Below are positions 35,701-49,357 of a stretch of 64,000 nucleotides of DNA, piece after piece. The translations under genes and the position numbers were made by a program. Position 1 is the stretch's first letter; every line of letters starts with the position of its first letter. This DNA is from Oculina patagonica. Lineage: Eukaryota. The notes below the pieces were generated by a model. It saw only the letters and a list, made by a program, of their open reading frames with translations, searched no databases and was not told the DNA's origin. The stretch is from contig NC_135766.1 in the NCBI RefSeq assembly GCF_052425735.1, positions 25,234,001 to 25,298,000 on the forward strand, in the 5' to 3' direction.

Positions 35701-38700
35701 TCCTGGTTTTCCAGGAAACCATCGGCAAACGGCAAAAATGAAACTTTTGCCGTCTCTCTTCAGTTGGGTGTACAGTAGAGTGAAATTTTGCCCCCCAAAA
35801 TCCAAAACGCTAAGCAGTTTCATGCCATTCCACTGTAACAGAAGTATTTAAATAACATTTTAGGGCAAAAACTTTTTTGAATTACAAGGATTTCTTTCAC
35901 TGAGAAAAATCGTGAAGATATTGATGACGTCATGTTTGCTGACTAATTTCGTAAGGTTTTAATGAGTCGAAAGTCGAAACGTCTCTGGATGTTCCACGAA
36001 AATCTTCGGCAAACTTCGTTAATCTTCGGAAATGTTCGTATGGCCTTTGGATAACACTCGGACAATCTTCGGAGATCTTCGGTCTAGAAATTGCTCGAAA
36101 GGAAAAAAGTTGCTAAAAGGGGAAAAATTTGCTCGAAATATGAAAAGTTGCCAAAAAGTTGCCGAGCAACTTGTGGAAAGCCCATATATTATAAGAAACG
36201 ATCGCGAGTTACTGGAAAAAGCTACTTTAAAGTACCTTAATTTACGACTGAAAAAAGATGCCCTGGACTCGATCGCACCCGTTCCAGTAATCCCGGTGCG
36301 GAATAAAGAAGATGGTGAATCGCTGACAAAGCTTGACCGTGTGTTCATGTGAGGGGAGAGGTGATGATCATGCTCCATACGGGATATTGTTGCATCAGTG
36401 GAGGACCTTTGATTAGCCCCACGAGACTGAGGATGAAAGTGGGCCATATTCCGTGTATGTCGCAGGGGCCTTCCGTTTTGATCCGTAAGAACCTCTGTTT
36501 TGAGTGCCTTGAGAAAGTCCCTTGACAAGGGAGTCTAGAAAGCAAAGTACAAATGTGGTCGTGATCATCAAGATGTGGATGCACCTGATTGGTTACGAGG
36601 ATAGCATCGATTCTAATGCACGTGTTTTACGAACCAATCAAATGCAAAGGTAAGCCAACATTTAAATGGGTTTACAGACCTCGATAAGTACCTTATTACA
36701 TGAAATTTTCGCGAAACGTTAATTCTGCGAATTTCGCGATTCTTAGCCTGTGTACAGGTTTAGTGTCACTGACAGAAGAAATTTATAAATGGATTTTGTT
36801 GTCAATTCGCTCAAGAACAGTTTTTCGTGCACGTAGACATTGTTAGAACCTCTGTTGTTGCTATTGCCGAGATTTAGGCCCCGTACATACTGACCCGGGT
36901 AAATTTGAAAACGCATCTTTTTTTCTCCGGTTAGGCCAACCGTCCACACTGAAACGGCGTTTTCGGTCACCGAAAACGGAGCTTTTCAAAAACGCTCACC
37001 AATGAGCGTTTGGACTTGGAGCGTGAAATAGTGTATTTTTATATTTTATTGAAAATAATTTTAGAGGGCCACTGGTTTGTTAGTATTTTTTATGTTATTT
37101 TAGTGCTACCCTCGTTAAATAAAGACTTTACTTTTACTTTTACTTACTAATGAAGCGTATCGTTTTCAAATTTACCCGGGTTAATTTTACGCGGCGTTTT
37201 CAAATTTCTCCGTTTTCAAATTTACCCGGGTCAGTGTGGACGTACGGAGCCTTAGTCCCGCTTTTGGCGTACTCGTTCCTTTGATGAAGTCGTTTTAATT
37301 CAAAGGCATGTTGTTAAATAATGTGCACCTCAAAATCGCGAAATTAACGTGTCGCGAAAATTTCATGTAATAAGGTAGCCATTTCTTACCCTGGTCCGTA
37401 AATCTCTTGTCCTGAGATGATAAATGTAGCACAGTAAAGTATACAAACTGCCAAGTTTACTACCAAAATTACGAACACAACGTTCGTGTGCGTCCCTGAA
37501 AAAAATTGCATTGCGAATACACAACTCATTAATTGTTATTGTGCATATTCCAGTGGGTGGAATAATTATTACTCAACAAATGCGTGCGTTGCACATACAG
37601 CTATTTCGAGAAAGGTTGTCTAAAAAAAAAACCATCAAAGTGCACGCGACAAGACCGAAAGGTGGTCTGGGTATTCACTGGAATTTTGCATATTGGCCTA
37701 GAGGAAATTTACAAGTTTGTATTTTTGCACGTGGAGAATTTGTTTTTCTTCTCAGGAGGCCTATATCTGTAGCTTTACTTTTACTGTCGCGTGTCTTTGA
37801 GTGAGGAAAAATTCTTCTGAACTTCAGAGGGTCTAAACGTACCTTGTTTCTACATGTCTGAAAAGAAAGAAAACCTGAAAATTGCGCTTATTTTGTTGTT
37901 ATAGCCATTAGTATTCAACACGTGCAGTAGCTCAATACGTCTACTCATACTACCTTTAGGGATTGACTTGTGCAGTTTTGTGCTTTTTTCCGACGACGTT
38001 TCTCGAAATAGCTGTATATGGTCAGAATGTCATTGGCATTCGTCATCCTTATATAACAGATATCGTGCGATGTGCGTACGTTGCCAAGAATTAGCAGCAA
38101 GATGTGCGGGTTTGTTGATAGTTTGTTTAATGATAAAACAATCATACTGTTCATGCAATATTGCAGAATACCGTCTGTGGGATATCTGTTATTATTAAAA
38201 ACTAGCAATGGTATGTTGCAATTCCTGAGTTTTGATTGGTTAACAGACAATGGTATATGAGCTCATATACCATTGACAACAATCTGGCAGCCGATACGCG
38301 TCAAACGTAAACAGCTGGGGAGCTCAAACAATTATTCCACTCGCGCATGTTGGATATGAGATCGTTAGGGACGGACCTTATTTTTTTGGAGGGGGGGGGG
38401 GGGGGGGAATGAAAAATATTAAAAAAAATTGTTTGCAGGGCCTGGAAAGACAAAATAAATTGTTTGCAAAAACGATATGTATAATAAAAAATAGTAAGAA
38501 TTTCGAAAAAAAATGTTTGCAGAGATGCATAAACTAAAAAAAAAGTTTGCAGACGAAAATTTTTTCATCCCCCCCTCCCAAGAAAATAATGGTCCGTCCC
38601 TTATAGCCAACTCAGCGCTACGCGCCTCGTTGGCTATCTACCATCTTATATTTATATCCAACAAGCGCGAGTGGAATAATTGTTAATGAACAGATGACGG

Positions 38701-41700
38701 ACAACAGTGACTTTCTGACCATATACGGACAACGTGAAAATTTGATGAATAATGAAATGAAATAAATGGAGGTGTTTAGACCGAGATAAAATATCCACAA
38801 TCTAAGAGCAATCAAAAAATATTACTGTTGCAAACAGTATATGCCAGGTTTGAGGCAAATTGATTGCGTAAATAACCTTTGAATTTAAACTTGCCGAAAT
38901 CTTACTCAGTGAGAAGGCAGTAAGTACGGTAAATCTCCTATCTACTGTGACAGAAGCGCGGTTGAAGGGAGACTAGTAACTAACCTACCTCTGATCGATG
39001 TTTTCTTCCTCGTGATCTGATTTTATCTCGCTGGGGAAGGCAGGAATCAGTTCATCTCCAATGCTAGAAACGTCTACAGATGGTTTAAATTTGTTGAACA
39101 TTTTCTGTAGTTTACTTGGTGTGATACTTGAAGGTTTACTGCGGTGCTCCTTCCAGGTGTCCACTACCTGAATTCATGAAAATGTGCATGTACGATTTAA
39201 ACAGGGCCGTTTAAGGGGTTCCTTTTCCCGCATTCCTGCTCCTTTTTATGTGAATCCCGCATCCCGCACTTTTTTTCATCGCTTTCCCGAATCCCGTTTT
39301 TTCTTTTTTCAAAATGCCTTAAAAAGAATAATTTCTGCAAAATTAAGGCTGATACATGTAAATGCAAGCTGTAGATATTGCTGCGCATCTTGTGTCCTCA
39401 GGGAAAAATTCTCAACGCCACTGCCTTAGCCTGCTATACAGCCGCCTCTCGCGGGAGCAATGAGTAATGTAAAAATGCATGTAAATGCTGTTTATGGTAG
39501 TCATGCACTACGCTTTGAGATACCTAACTTCCATGCATGTCACTGGAACAGAGTAAACAAACTATTTTACGTGAACATAACATAGATAAAAATCCCAATA
39601 AAAGCGTGACCGAGGATTTGAACTCAGGACGAACGAGAACAATCCAGCCAATGTCAGGGTGGAGAGCTTAAACCTGATTACAACACTGGCATCCTGACCA
39701 CTTCAGTTCGGATAAGGTGCCTCGAAGATGATTAGATGTGTAATTCACAGACAGCTTTCTTTGAAAATAACAAGGCATTTTGTAAATATAAAACGTGAAA
39801 AGGATTTTATCGAAGATAACGGTTTTGCTCACTTTCAGGGCACGCGCGAGCTAAGAGCAAAGTGGCTCACACTGAAATGACGATTATCAAAGCTGTATTT
39901 GAGTCGTGAATAAATGTTTTCCAGTACATTCTAAACAGACTCATAAATGGGACCATGCACATGTTTATAAAATGACAGTTTCATTTCCATTTTTTGACTC
40001 ATGAATTTTTCGACATTTCCACGGTCATCAAAATTGAGAAGATCCCTAAATTCTTGATCATCTAGTGCTTAGATTCCACGGTTGGGTAGCAGGTCGCGAA
40101 AGGCTCGCTACCCTTCGAGGGAAAACAATCATACTGTTCATGCAATATTGCAGAATACCGTCTGTGGGATATCTGTTATTATTAAAAACTAGCAATGGTA
40201 TGTTGCAATTCCTGAGTTTTGATTGGTTAACACTCAGACAATGGTATATGAGCTCATATACCATTGACAACAATCTGGCAGCCGATACGCGTCAAACGTA
40301 AACAGCCGGACATTATTACAAAATGACAGTTTCATTTCCATTTTTTGACTCTCGAATTTTTCGACATTTCCACGGTCATCAAAATTGAGAAGATCCCTAA
40401 ATTCTTGATCATCTAGTGCCCAGATTCCACGGTTGGGTAGCAGGTCGCGAAAGGCTCGCTACCCTTCGAGGGAGCAACAGAACAAACTGAATAGAAACAC
40501 TGCCCCTAGCCCCCCGGCAAAAACACAGTAACTGCTACACTAGAGGACCGGTAGAATTCCAAGCTTACGAGAGTTGCTGCATTACTGGACTGATTCCACT
40601 AGAGAATAACAACCAGGAATACAGTTTTTCGTTATAGCGGACACGCTAGGGACCCCGTTTAGTGTCCGTAATAGCGAGAGTCCGTAATAGCGGAGTGTGA
40701 GAAATAAAATTCGTTAACATGCGCTAAATAATATAGACTATCACCTGCTTACCAGCAGTGGTGAAACTGCTAAGCAGTCGTTGGGAAGGCCTTTCATATA
40801 CTTAAACTCGTGAAATCCCTACCCTTTTATATACCTGAAGCCAGAAAAAGGTACCCCTTTCGGGCGGAGCCTCCCCGTATAGGCCATTATAGGGAGTACC
40901 CCCCGGGGTCCTTAATAGCGGGCGTCCACAAGGCGAGAGTTGACTGTAACAAGTCTTACCATTGTGACGAGGTCCTCCTTTCGAACACAATCTTCAAATG
41001 TTTGGCCGGCTCGCACGGCTGGCAGTCTATCCCTGAACTGTAACAACTTGCTCTTGATATCACTCAGACCTCCTTCGTTCTTATAAGAGATAGAAACTCT
41101 CGGCTTTTGAGATCTTTGAGATTTCTGTTTTGTTCAGAACAGAGCAATAAAAGTAAGCGTTAAATTAACCTAAAATGAACTGCAACCTAAAGTTAAGACC
41201 GCCGGGTCATTGGAAGAGGGTCTAAATGGGGACGGGGGATAGGGGGATGGGGGGGGGGGGCAATGTCGGGAGTCAGTTAAAATGTTATTACGTAGTCGGT
41301 TGTCAGTTATATTTTTCGCCCTTTTTCGCTAGTTGTCGGTTAGCCCCATTCAGACCCTCTTAGAAACAGGGTCAAACAGGTTTAGAAGTAAGAATTATCG
41401 CAAAGCAAACAGCCACTTTTGTCGAATTGCTGTTTTTTTTTCTGTTTTCTCACCTTTTTAGCAGTAGTCTTTTTTTTCTTCTTCTTTCTTTTTCTCTTTT
41501 TCGTTGGTATCAGCAACGACGTTGTCGTTACACTAAAGAATCAAGTAGTACATGGTTTATAAGTAATTAATTTACGCCCTGTACATAATGTAAGTAGAGT
41601 AGTTTTAAATATGTACGTATACATACTAGTTATGCAACGCTTTCGAGTGGTATACTATGGAATATCCCACGAGTCACTTGTATTTTCTCGGTATACACAC

Positions 41701-43298
41701 GAGCCTTTAGGCGAGTGTGTATGCCAACAAGTGGGATATTCCATAGTATACCACGAGAAAGTGTTGTGTAACTATTTTATACCATGCCATAGAAAATACG
41801 CTTACTAAATTTCGTCGAGAATACAGTCGCAGCGCACGATGGGAAGGTTGGGTTGAATACCGTCGAATATACAACGGCGTTCCTGTATTCTGATTGGCTG
41901 TATTTTCTATGGCATGGTATAAAAAGATAATATATTCTCTTGATATGTAAGTGTATTAAGATTTGTAGTAAATAATAAATTTGGTAAATTTTTGTATTAA
42001 GATTTTTTTTAAGTGTAACGCGATTGTATTTTATGGTAAGTCGTTGCGCGCATCGAAAAACAAGTGCGCCGTGAAACCCCGCGCCTGCCCTCGCCCAAAC
42101 TCCCTCTCGTGTCTATATCTTGACTGCCGTCAAACGTCTCAGGCAGCTTTTTCTTTTATTTCGGGGGATTTCATTCACCAAAAAGGGTATACATGAGTCA
42201 AGGATATAGGAATAAAATAGATGTTATTTCTCTCGATGGACCGAGTTCCGTTCTTTACTTTTTAAATGTAAGCCAATGTTCCGTCCGTACTCGAACAAAA
42301 TTGCTCGGAAAATTGCGCTTACAAGTCCGCATTTCACCGTTTTCAAAGAACATTTTAAGGGACACCTTAGGCAAAAAAAAAAAAAATTAGCAAATCAGCA
42401 TAATTCTGGTAAAGTAAGGTTATCGAACTTTGAACAGCGAAAATAATCTTATCTTTGAAGTGCTTTTCTTTTTTATTTAAAATTCTGTCTTTTGACCGCG
42501 TTTGCGTGTCTGCATCAGGCCATGTCGGGCGCCATTTTCTATTTCTTCTGTTTCAAAAAAATTGTCTGTCTCGCGCAACTCGATTTAGAGAAATAGCTAA
42601 ATTTGCAAACTTTGCACGAGCTGTTTTCAAAATAACGAATTTTATCAACAGCGCGCGCAATCATTGAAAGGAATTTTGCTCAAGAAAAACTGAACTAGTC
42701 ATTTCAGGATACAGCAATGTACTACTAAGGCCAAAAGGATTTAACAAGTTTATGAAACAACAAACAGACAAATAAACAAAGTGAAAGAACATGTACAGCT
42801 ATCGGTACTTTTGTTAACGTTGTAGCCAGGCAACAAGAAAGAGCGCGCAAAATTTTTAAACGGCTTAGCAACACGTACTAGAATTAGTTTTTGAAAAGCA
42901 TTGAATTTAAACAATTGCACGTTGATATTAATACGAAAAAAATGGGAGCTGAGCGCATTACACTAGAAAGATTTGTGTTTTACCTTCTCTGAGCTCTGTT
43001 CAAAGCCGACAGTATTGACAACAAGATCTCGTACATCCAAACACAGATCACCCACTGAGGCATAAGGCACATGAGCCGGAGTGTAAAATCCGCAAACACT
43101 CTGTTTGGCACGCCGGTTATACTTGTCTTTCCAGTGATCGTCTGTTAGTTCTGATCTGTAATGACGGTTTGTGCGGATTCGTACTTTTCTCTCGCTTTGA
43201 GCCTGTTGAGGTGGTTGGGGTTCAGATCGAAAATTTTGCTTCAGACTACGAACGATATCCGTGTAAACTTGATTCTCGGATTTCTGTAACACGACCAT
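26793..43298 (-). CDS. Uncharacterised 607-aa protein, 13 coding exons (43298-42984, 41124-40960, 39167-38989, 37857-37843, 37411-37390, 36534-36236, 35052-34864, 34266-34188, 33559-33529, 30869-30632, 28050-27927, 27480-27406, 26885-26793)
   Basis: Manually assembled. All introns are GT-AG, all phases match, and the 1824-nt frame is open from MVVLQKSENQ to ...EWMNQRKLLPGDKAS*. Family not recognised. Confidence 0.8.
29042..30432. mobile_element. TTAA-TSD non-autonomous element (Kolobok-type), nested
   Basis: TTAA|GGTCGCGGGGGATACC ... GGTGTCCCCCGCGACC|TTAA. Confidence 0.8.
29523..29941. mobile_element. CCCGGG-ended MITE with 8-bp TSD, nested
   Basis: GGCAAGTC|CCCGGG...CCCGGG|GGCAAGTC; related fragments at ~40790-40908 and ~63885-64000. 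Confidence 0.85.
31301..31640. mobile_element. Tc1/mariner(pogo)-type MITE
   Basis: TA|CCGTAAAATTCCGGTTATAAG ... CTTATAACCGGAATTCTACGG|TA. Confidence 0.8.
32345..33110 (-). mobile_element. tRNA-derived SINE interrupted by a hairpin-ended element (~32397-32868)
   Basis: Minus-strand head GCGCGGTGGCCTAACGGTAAG...GAGTTCGAGAC (A/B boxes) is followed by a SINE body rather than a terminator. Confidence 0.7.
34620..34712. repeat. Near-perfect 93-bp palindrome (TAGC...GCTA miniature element)
   Basis: CACGCAGTCGTTCTTAGGGGCGATCGTGTTTCACTCCTC|GAGGAGTGAAACACGATCGCCCCTAAGAACGACTGCGTG; a relative lies at ~52513-52570. Confidence 0.85.
36691..37375. mobile_element. TA-flanked MITE with a second MITE nested (~36877-37252)
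   Basis: TA|CCTTATTACATGAAATTTTCGCG ... CGCGAAAATTTCATGTAATAAGG|TA. Confidence 0.8.
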
Positions 43299-44987
43299 TT
43301 TTGTGTCCAAATAACTTTCCAAAGAACAACAAAAATTAAAATAAATAAAAATTTCTACCCTTTCTGTTATTCTCTGGTACTGAGAAATGCTCGAAACGGT
43401 TCCTGAAAAATAGTTTCAAACTTACAGTTGTCATAGGGACGTTTAGTGACGAGTTGCATGACGACAAGTTTTAAAAGCGAACTAAAATGGTCTGCGCCCG
43501 CAGTCTGACTTCGCTTTGAGTCTGAAAGCCTACCAACGCTGACCGTTATATCGTTAAGTTGTTTATTTTTAGAACTAATAATAATCAGAGATTAGGGGAG
43601 TGCGTTCGACCCAAGATAGGTACCCAAGATAAGGCTAGCAAGCGTAATCAGAAAATTTAAAACGACCGCGCGTGCAACATCAGTGAAGCGCGCATCCAAC
43701 ATCACTTGAAACTATCAGAAAAACAATCTCAACCCAACAGTTCACGAGGCAGCACAACAGGGCAAACTCGAAAACGGAAACCTAAGAAGTATCGTGGAAA
43801 CAGAATCCAGTTCCAGATCGGTATCGTGTAAACAGAAGACCGACTCGGTCTGGTTTTCGGAACTTCCCCTCCCACACCCAATAAGAGCGCGCGCTTTTGA
43901 ACCTTTTTCAAGTGGTTCATAGCCTGTATAAGTAGCAAGCGTTCCTGTATTTTGGCCGAGAGAAAATCGAGGGAGGGAAAAGAAGATTAAAAGGGGTGGT
44001 GGTAAAATGCGGAACACTTTTTATTTGTAAAGAACGCTTGTAACTCAGACTAACCTGGTTAACATATTGAGTATTTTGTAATATAGGTACCTCTATTTTT
44101 GTATATAAATAATTTGATACAAATTCACTTAAATGGGGATCAGTATTAAACTTTCTTAAAAACCATTGTTCAATATTAATTGTAGCTAGCTAAACTGTCA
44201 CATTTTATTGACATAACAATCAAGTTAATATACGACTGTACCTTATTGCCAACATAAATTAATTCCCAATTCCTGCTATGAGTCATGCCTGCAGGGAATT
44301 GCAGTACTAAGTTGTAATCAACAAACCAAGTCCCAGACTTGGCCGACATTGAATACAACTACCATGATTCCCTGCAGGCAAATTAATTTTCATAGAGGAA
44401 ATTGGGCATTGGTGATTTTGACTTCATTATTAATCTATACACTATACACTACTATATGCACTACTACTATACACTGCAGTTAATCACTATTTAAAACCCC
44501 TTATCCACAATTAATGTAATCTTAATAATAACAAAAAAATGCAAAATTCAAACCCTATAATGAATATTTCTTCAAACCCATCTTGTCAAACCACACATTG
44601 ATTAATATATATGTAATGGTAATACAGTCAAACCTCTCCTTATGGATACCTCATGTGAGTTCTTTTGACATAAATTTGGCCAATCTTCCCAAAGTGAGCT
44701 CAAGAACATTAAAAATGTTAAGGGCAGTTCACCTGGTCCCAGAGAAACTAGAGTTTAGTCTATGAGAATTTTTACCTCTTAGCCTACAATACGGACACCT
44801 CCATAATGCAGACAATTAGCACTGGCCCATTGGTGTCAATATAACTCAGCCAATAGCATATTGTAAAAAATATACCTATAAATCAATTGTAAAAATAATC
44901 TATTTACTATTAAAGTGATTTGTGTGGTAATAAACCACAGGATGCATGTAAACTAAATTGTAAGTAAATGATATATTATTATTATGG

Positions 44988-45156
44988 CAGTGGCGGATCC
45001 AGGGAAGGGGCCCAGGGGGGCGGGCCCCCACCTTGTTTTTTCGGAAATAGCACATTTTCTTTAAAGTGCAGGAATTATCTTTGCAGAATTCAACATTTAT
45101 AGTCAAGCTTTTAAAAGCGGGCCCCCTCCTTAGCTGAAGGTCTGGATCCGCCACTG
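44988..45156. mobile_element. hAT-like MITE
   Basis: CAGTGGCGGATCCAG ... CTGGATCCGCCACTG. Confidence 0.75.
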
Positions 45157-45823
45157 TATAAGTACTTACTGCAATCAGTGAGTGTTAAAGCCACAAGCTT
45201 AAAAGAGTGTGGGCTCAGCAATAGGACTTGACCCAGTACCAGATCCAGACCTTCAACTAAGTGGGGGGCCCAATCATCCAAACCCTGGAAAAAGGAGGGC
45301 TCAAAAAAATTTTAGGGCCCTACAGGCCTAAAAATAAGGTGGGGGCCCAGGCCCCCTAGATGTGCCACTGTAACCTACAATGAGCCCATAACACCGTCCA
45401 CTCATAACATGCCCTATATAGTGTGTATGAAACAAACAAAAAAAAAGATATTAAGTATTCATGGTCTGTTGATGTATGAGTACATGAAAATTGAAAATTA
45501 CAAAACTTTGTCTACCGATATATAAATTATGTCCAGTGTGTTAGTAGTGGTGTTAGAGGGGGGGGGGGGGGGGGAGGTCAGGAATGTTTTTGCTTCCTTT
45601 TTTGTTCCAGTTCCCGCCCTTCCATAGCAGATCCTGCCTCTTTGTGCTATACATTTCTTTTGCAAAATAATTATCTTACAAAGATTTTCTCGATTTTTTC
45701 TCCAGTTCTGGCCACCTTGGGAATCCTGCTACCCGTCCTCTTTTCTCCTACCTTCCACACCCCTCCCACCCACTCTTATTCCAGGCTCCCCCCTGTCCCC
45801 TCCACTTACTATACAGCCACACA

Positions 45824-47755
45824 TTATTTTATGGCTGTAGGTACATCCTGCTTTTTAAGGTCTGAAGATAAACTTGTGGTCATTTCCCCTGGCTCGTAGA
45901 CTGTAGTTGTGCTTGTAACAGGTTTGTTTGCCATCCAAGAGAGATACATGTTCCAGCAGAGAGCCACCGCCTGAACAAAATTAGCACGGTGTTGAAGAGG
46001 GACAAATGTAAAGTTGACGGCCTGTACAAATGGCCAGACTTTGTAAGCTGTGAATATAGTCTTCAGATATCTTTCCTGAAGTAGTAGCTTTAATTCATTA
46101 AGATCTTTTCCAGCCAATGTGGTTGATAGACTATAGAAGAAGAATATTATAAAAGGCCCATAAATAGTCTGATCTACTATCAATTTCTTTACAATCTGTA
46201 TCTTGGATGTGGGCGGTATAAAACGTTCCAGGGTTAGAAACCATGTCCTTTGAATAGGTCCGACAATTACTCCCATTACAAACATTCGTAGTGTTCTTCT
46301 ACCACTGTGATGTGATCCTTTCTTTTCAACAAATTGCTGGGTAAGGATGTCACTTGTTGTAAACATCATAGCTGAAGAAAGAAGAAATTATTGAATAGTT
46401 TTAATGCTGGCCTTTGCAGGCCAAGGCAGGCACGGGCTAAAACCCAAAACATATCAAAACCAAACCACCTGAAACGAAAAGATTGAAACAAAGGAAACCA
46501 CTGAATGACCAAACTGGATGAAATAAGCAAAACAAAACATTAACAAGATCACCAATCAGGGACGGCGGAGCCGGGGGGGGGGGGCTGGAGGGGCTTTAAC
46601 CCCACCCCCGCCCCTCGTTTTCCGAAAAAAAAATAAAGACTTTCTAAGAGAAGAGTCTATTAAGCCCCCCACTTCAAGTCACTAGTCAGCCCCCCCCCCC
46701 CCCCCAACCTGGAAAAATGTTCCACCGTCCCTGCCAATAGTATAAAAGGTCACATTAGCTTGATCAATGTGCAGTGTCATTATAAACAGGATGCAAGTTT
46801 TCTTAAACAGTCACTGTGTGTCTACGGAAGCTTTATCCTCCACAAATCGTCATGACTGTAGTTAAGATAAGATAAGATAAGATAACTTTATTTATACAGG
46901 GTTTTTCCATCAGTCAATTAAGTTACTGGACTATCTACCTATCTAACTAACTACAAAAATTTAATAACCATTGCATTGATAAACTTCTGACAGAATTGGT
47001 CATGATGCTTCAGGCCTAATAAAGAACTGCTTCGGCATGTGATTTTTGAACAGCTTTTTTATAATATATGCTGAAATGATTTTGGCTAGGATATCTTCAA
47101 CGAAAACTAAATATGTACTGCCTTCTATGTTCTGCACGAACACATTTTATGGGGTTGTCATGGCAAAAAATCCATATTCTAATTCTTCGTTTCTTTGGTA
47201 AAGAAGTATCTGTGCGATCTGAAATTAAACATCCAATTTTGGATTCTCCCAAAGACACACACCCTAACTTGAATGCCCTGTGTAACATAGTAACCGTTTT
47301 GAAATAAAATTCTGACTCTCAAATGATTATTATTATTTCAATCTGTTGACAGATTAAAATAACTGTTTACAGAAACCGGCGTGTACAGAAACCGGTCTTG
47401 GCAAAAGTCACGCAAGCATAAACGTATATAAATCTACAAATCCTTTGTAAAAGAAGGCGAAATAATTGAACCAGAATATAACCGTTTGCTGATATATCAA
47501 GTATAAAGACCATACATATTTCAGAAATTTCATTTTGCGAACATCGGATTCTTATAATGATAAACAAACTTCAGCTTGTTTCCAAAATGGCGGGACGTGT
47601 GTTGAACCGTGAAAAGGAACACGTGAACAATTTTCATTCTGGGAAACTAGAACACATCTATTAATTATCATACCTGTGGTCATCGTTTGAGTTCTCCAAG
47701 GATGGGTGAGGAGATATCTTTGATATGTTGCCCATAATTTCGAGAAGAACCTCAT
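45824..47755 (-). CDS. MPV17: Mpv17/PMP22-family protein, paralog 2 (exons 47755-47674, 46371-45824)
   Basis: YQRYLLTHPWRTQ...SDILTQQFVE...KKLIVDQTIYGP...YKVWPFVQAVNFTFVPLQHRANFVQAVALCWNMYLSW; same 82-nt first coding exon as paralog 1. Confidence 0.9.
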
Positions 47756-49130
47756 GGTATTTCTACTTCTCACGGCTTTGTTGTTGCTAGCAGGCGTTCG
47801 ATTTTCTGCTTTAGCTAGGAGATTGGGGCCAAGTCTTATTTGTTTCGTTCCCAGGCTTGCGCGAACGGAAAAATATATTTTCTTTGTTTCTTTCCGGATC
47901 CTTCCCCTCTTTTGCTTCGATTTGCTGATTTGAGCTCATCGGTGAAACAGTGTGAATGTTTTCTGTGTTTTATATGTAAAAATAGAACTGTATTGTCTGT
48001 ATATATTACTTTTATTCTGCTGCAGATCAGAATTTTTCGCACAGATCGGATAGAATAAATAGGAACCTCGAATTTTGTCAACTGACCGGTCCGTATTGGA
48101 TAAGTAATACCTCAAGGTATTTTATCAAATCTAAAGACATGACATAAAATCCAAAAATCTGAAAGTGAGTCTAATCATAAATACAGGTTATAAGACAGAT
48201 GTATCTCCGAGTCTAAGTGGGGAGGGGTGGGGATATAAACCACTCACTGTATGTAACAACAGGTTGTGTTTACGATATTTTGAAAATACAAGAGTTTATA
48301 AGATCTTCCATCATCACCATTCTTGTCTGGAGGGAATATAAAAAGGTATGGTTTTTATTAACTTTTGTTTAATACTTATAATTTTGGAATTATTTATTTT
48401 GAAACTATGTTTTCTGGCGATTTGTAAGAATTTATTGATAGCGCTTTGATGATCTCGACGCAACAGACCATGATTACGAACTTGTATTTTATTTTTCAAT
48501 CAAAAGCCTGCAAGGAGATGGATCCGGAGTTAACGGCGTCAGAAATATAAAACCAAACTAGCATTTTAAGAGAAAGTCAGTAGTCAAGTCTCCGTTGTAG
48601 AGCAGTTAAGCAAAAAAATAGTAGTTATATGTCTGAGCATTTCAGCAACACGCCGGTTTTCTTCTGGTGACCTGTCGCGCGGTTGGTTCGAGATTGACCT
48701 CCATAGTACTGTCACCAGAAGTTTGCAAAAACAAAAAGTTTTAAAAGGATCGTTCCCGTAACTTACTAGCGGCCAAGTACTGATACAAAATCACGAGAAA
48801 TTATAAAGGAATAAAAAATAATCGTTTTATCGTAGCGAATATTGTCTTAATTACCGAAGTTACTCTGCGTCGCCAGAGGCTCAATAGCGTCACACCCCCG
48901 AGCAGCATTGGTCGCGACTTGCGCTTAGAAATAGCAACCAAAAGTGTGAGGCAAAACTGCCATAGATAGACTAGAAATGCGCAGAAAATGACGTCAATCA
49001 AGTGGACGAACACGGAGAAAGAGGATCTCGCATTGCAGTGGTAACAAAGTGGGAGCTGAAAGCAACTAGTGAATTTAATACCCCTCGAATCTTTTTATAA
49101 CAATTAAAAATTAATTTTGAGTGGCTAATA

Positions 49131-49158
49131 AATGATGATGATGATGATGATAATGATA

Positions 49159-49190
<32 letters not shown>
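49131..49190. repeat. (GAT)n microsatellite
   Basis: Direct reading. Confidence 0.95.
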
Positions 49191-49357
49191 ATTGTAGACA
49201 AGCTGTATTTTAATAAACGATTTATCTATCCCGATGATGACGATGATGATGATTTACTTTCAGGATGACCAGTCAAGACTGCCGAACTGAACGAAGAAAA
49301 CCGAACCGAGAATACCAATGAGAGCAAAGTAGTCAACACCCCAACTGTATCTCTACC

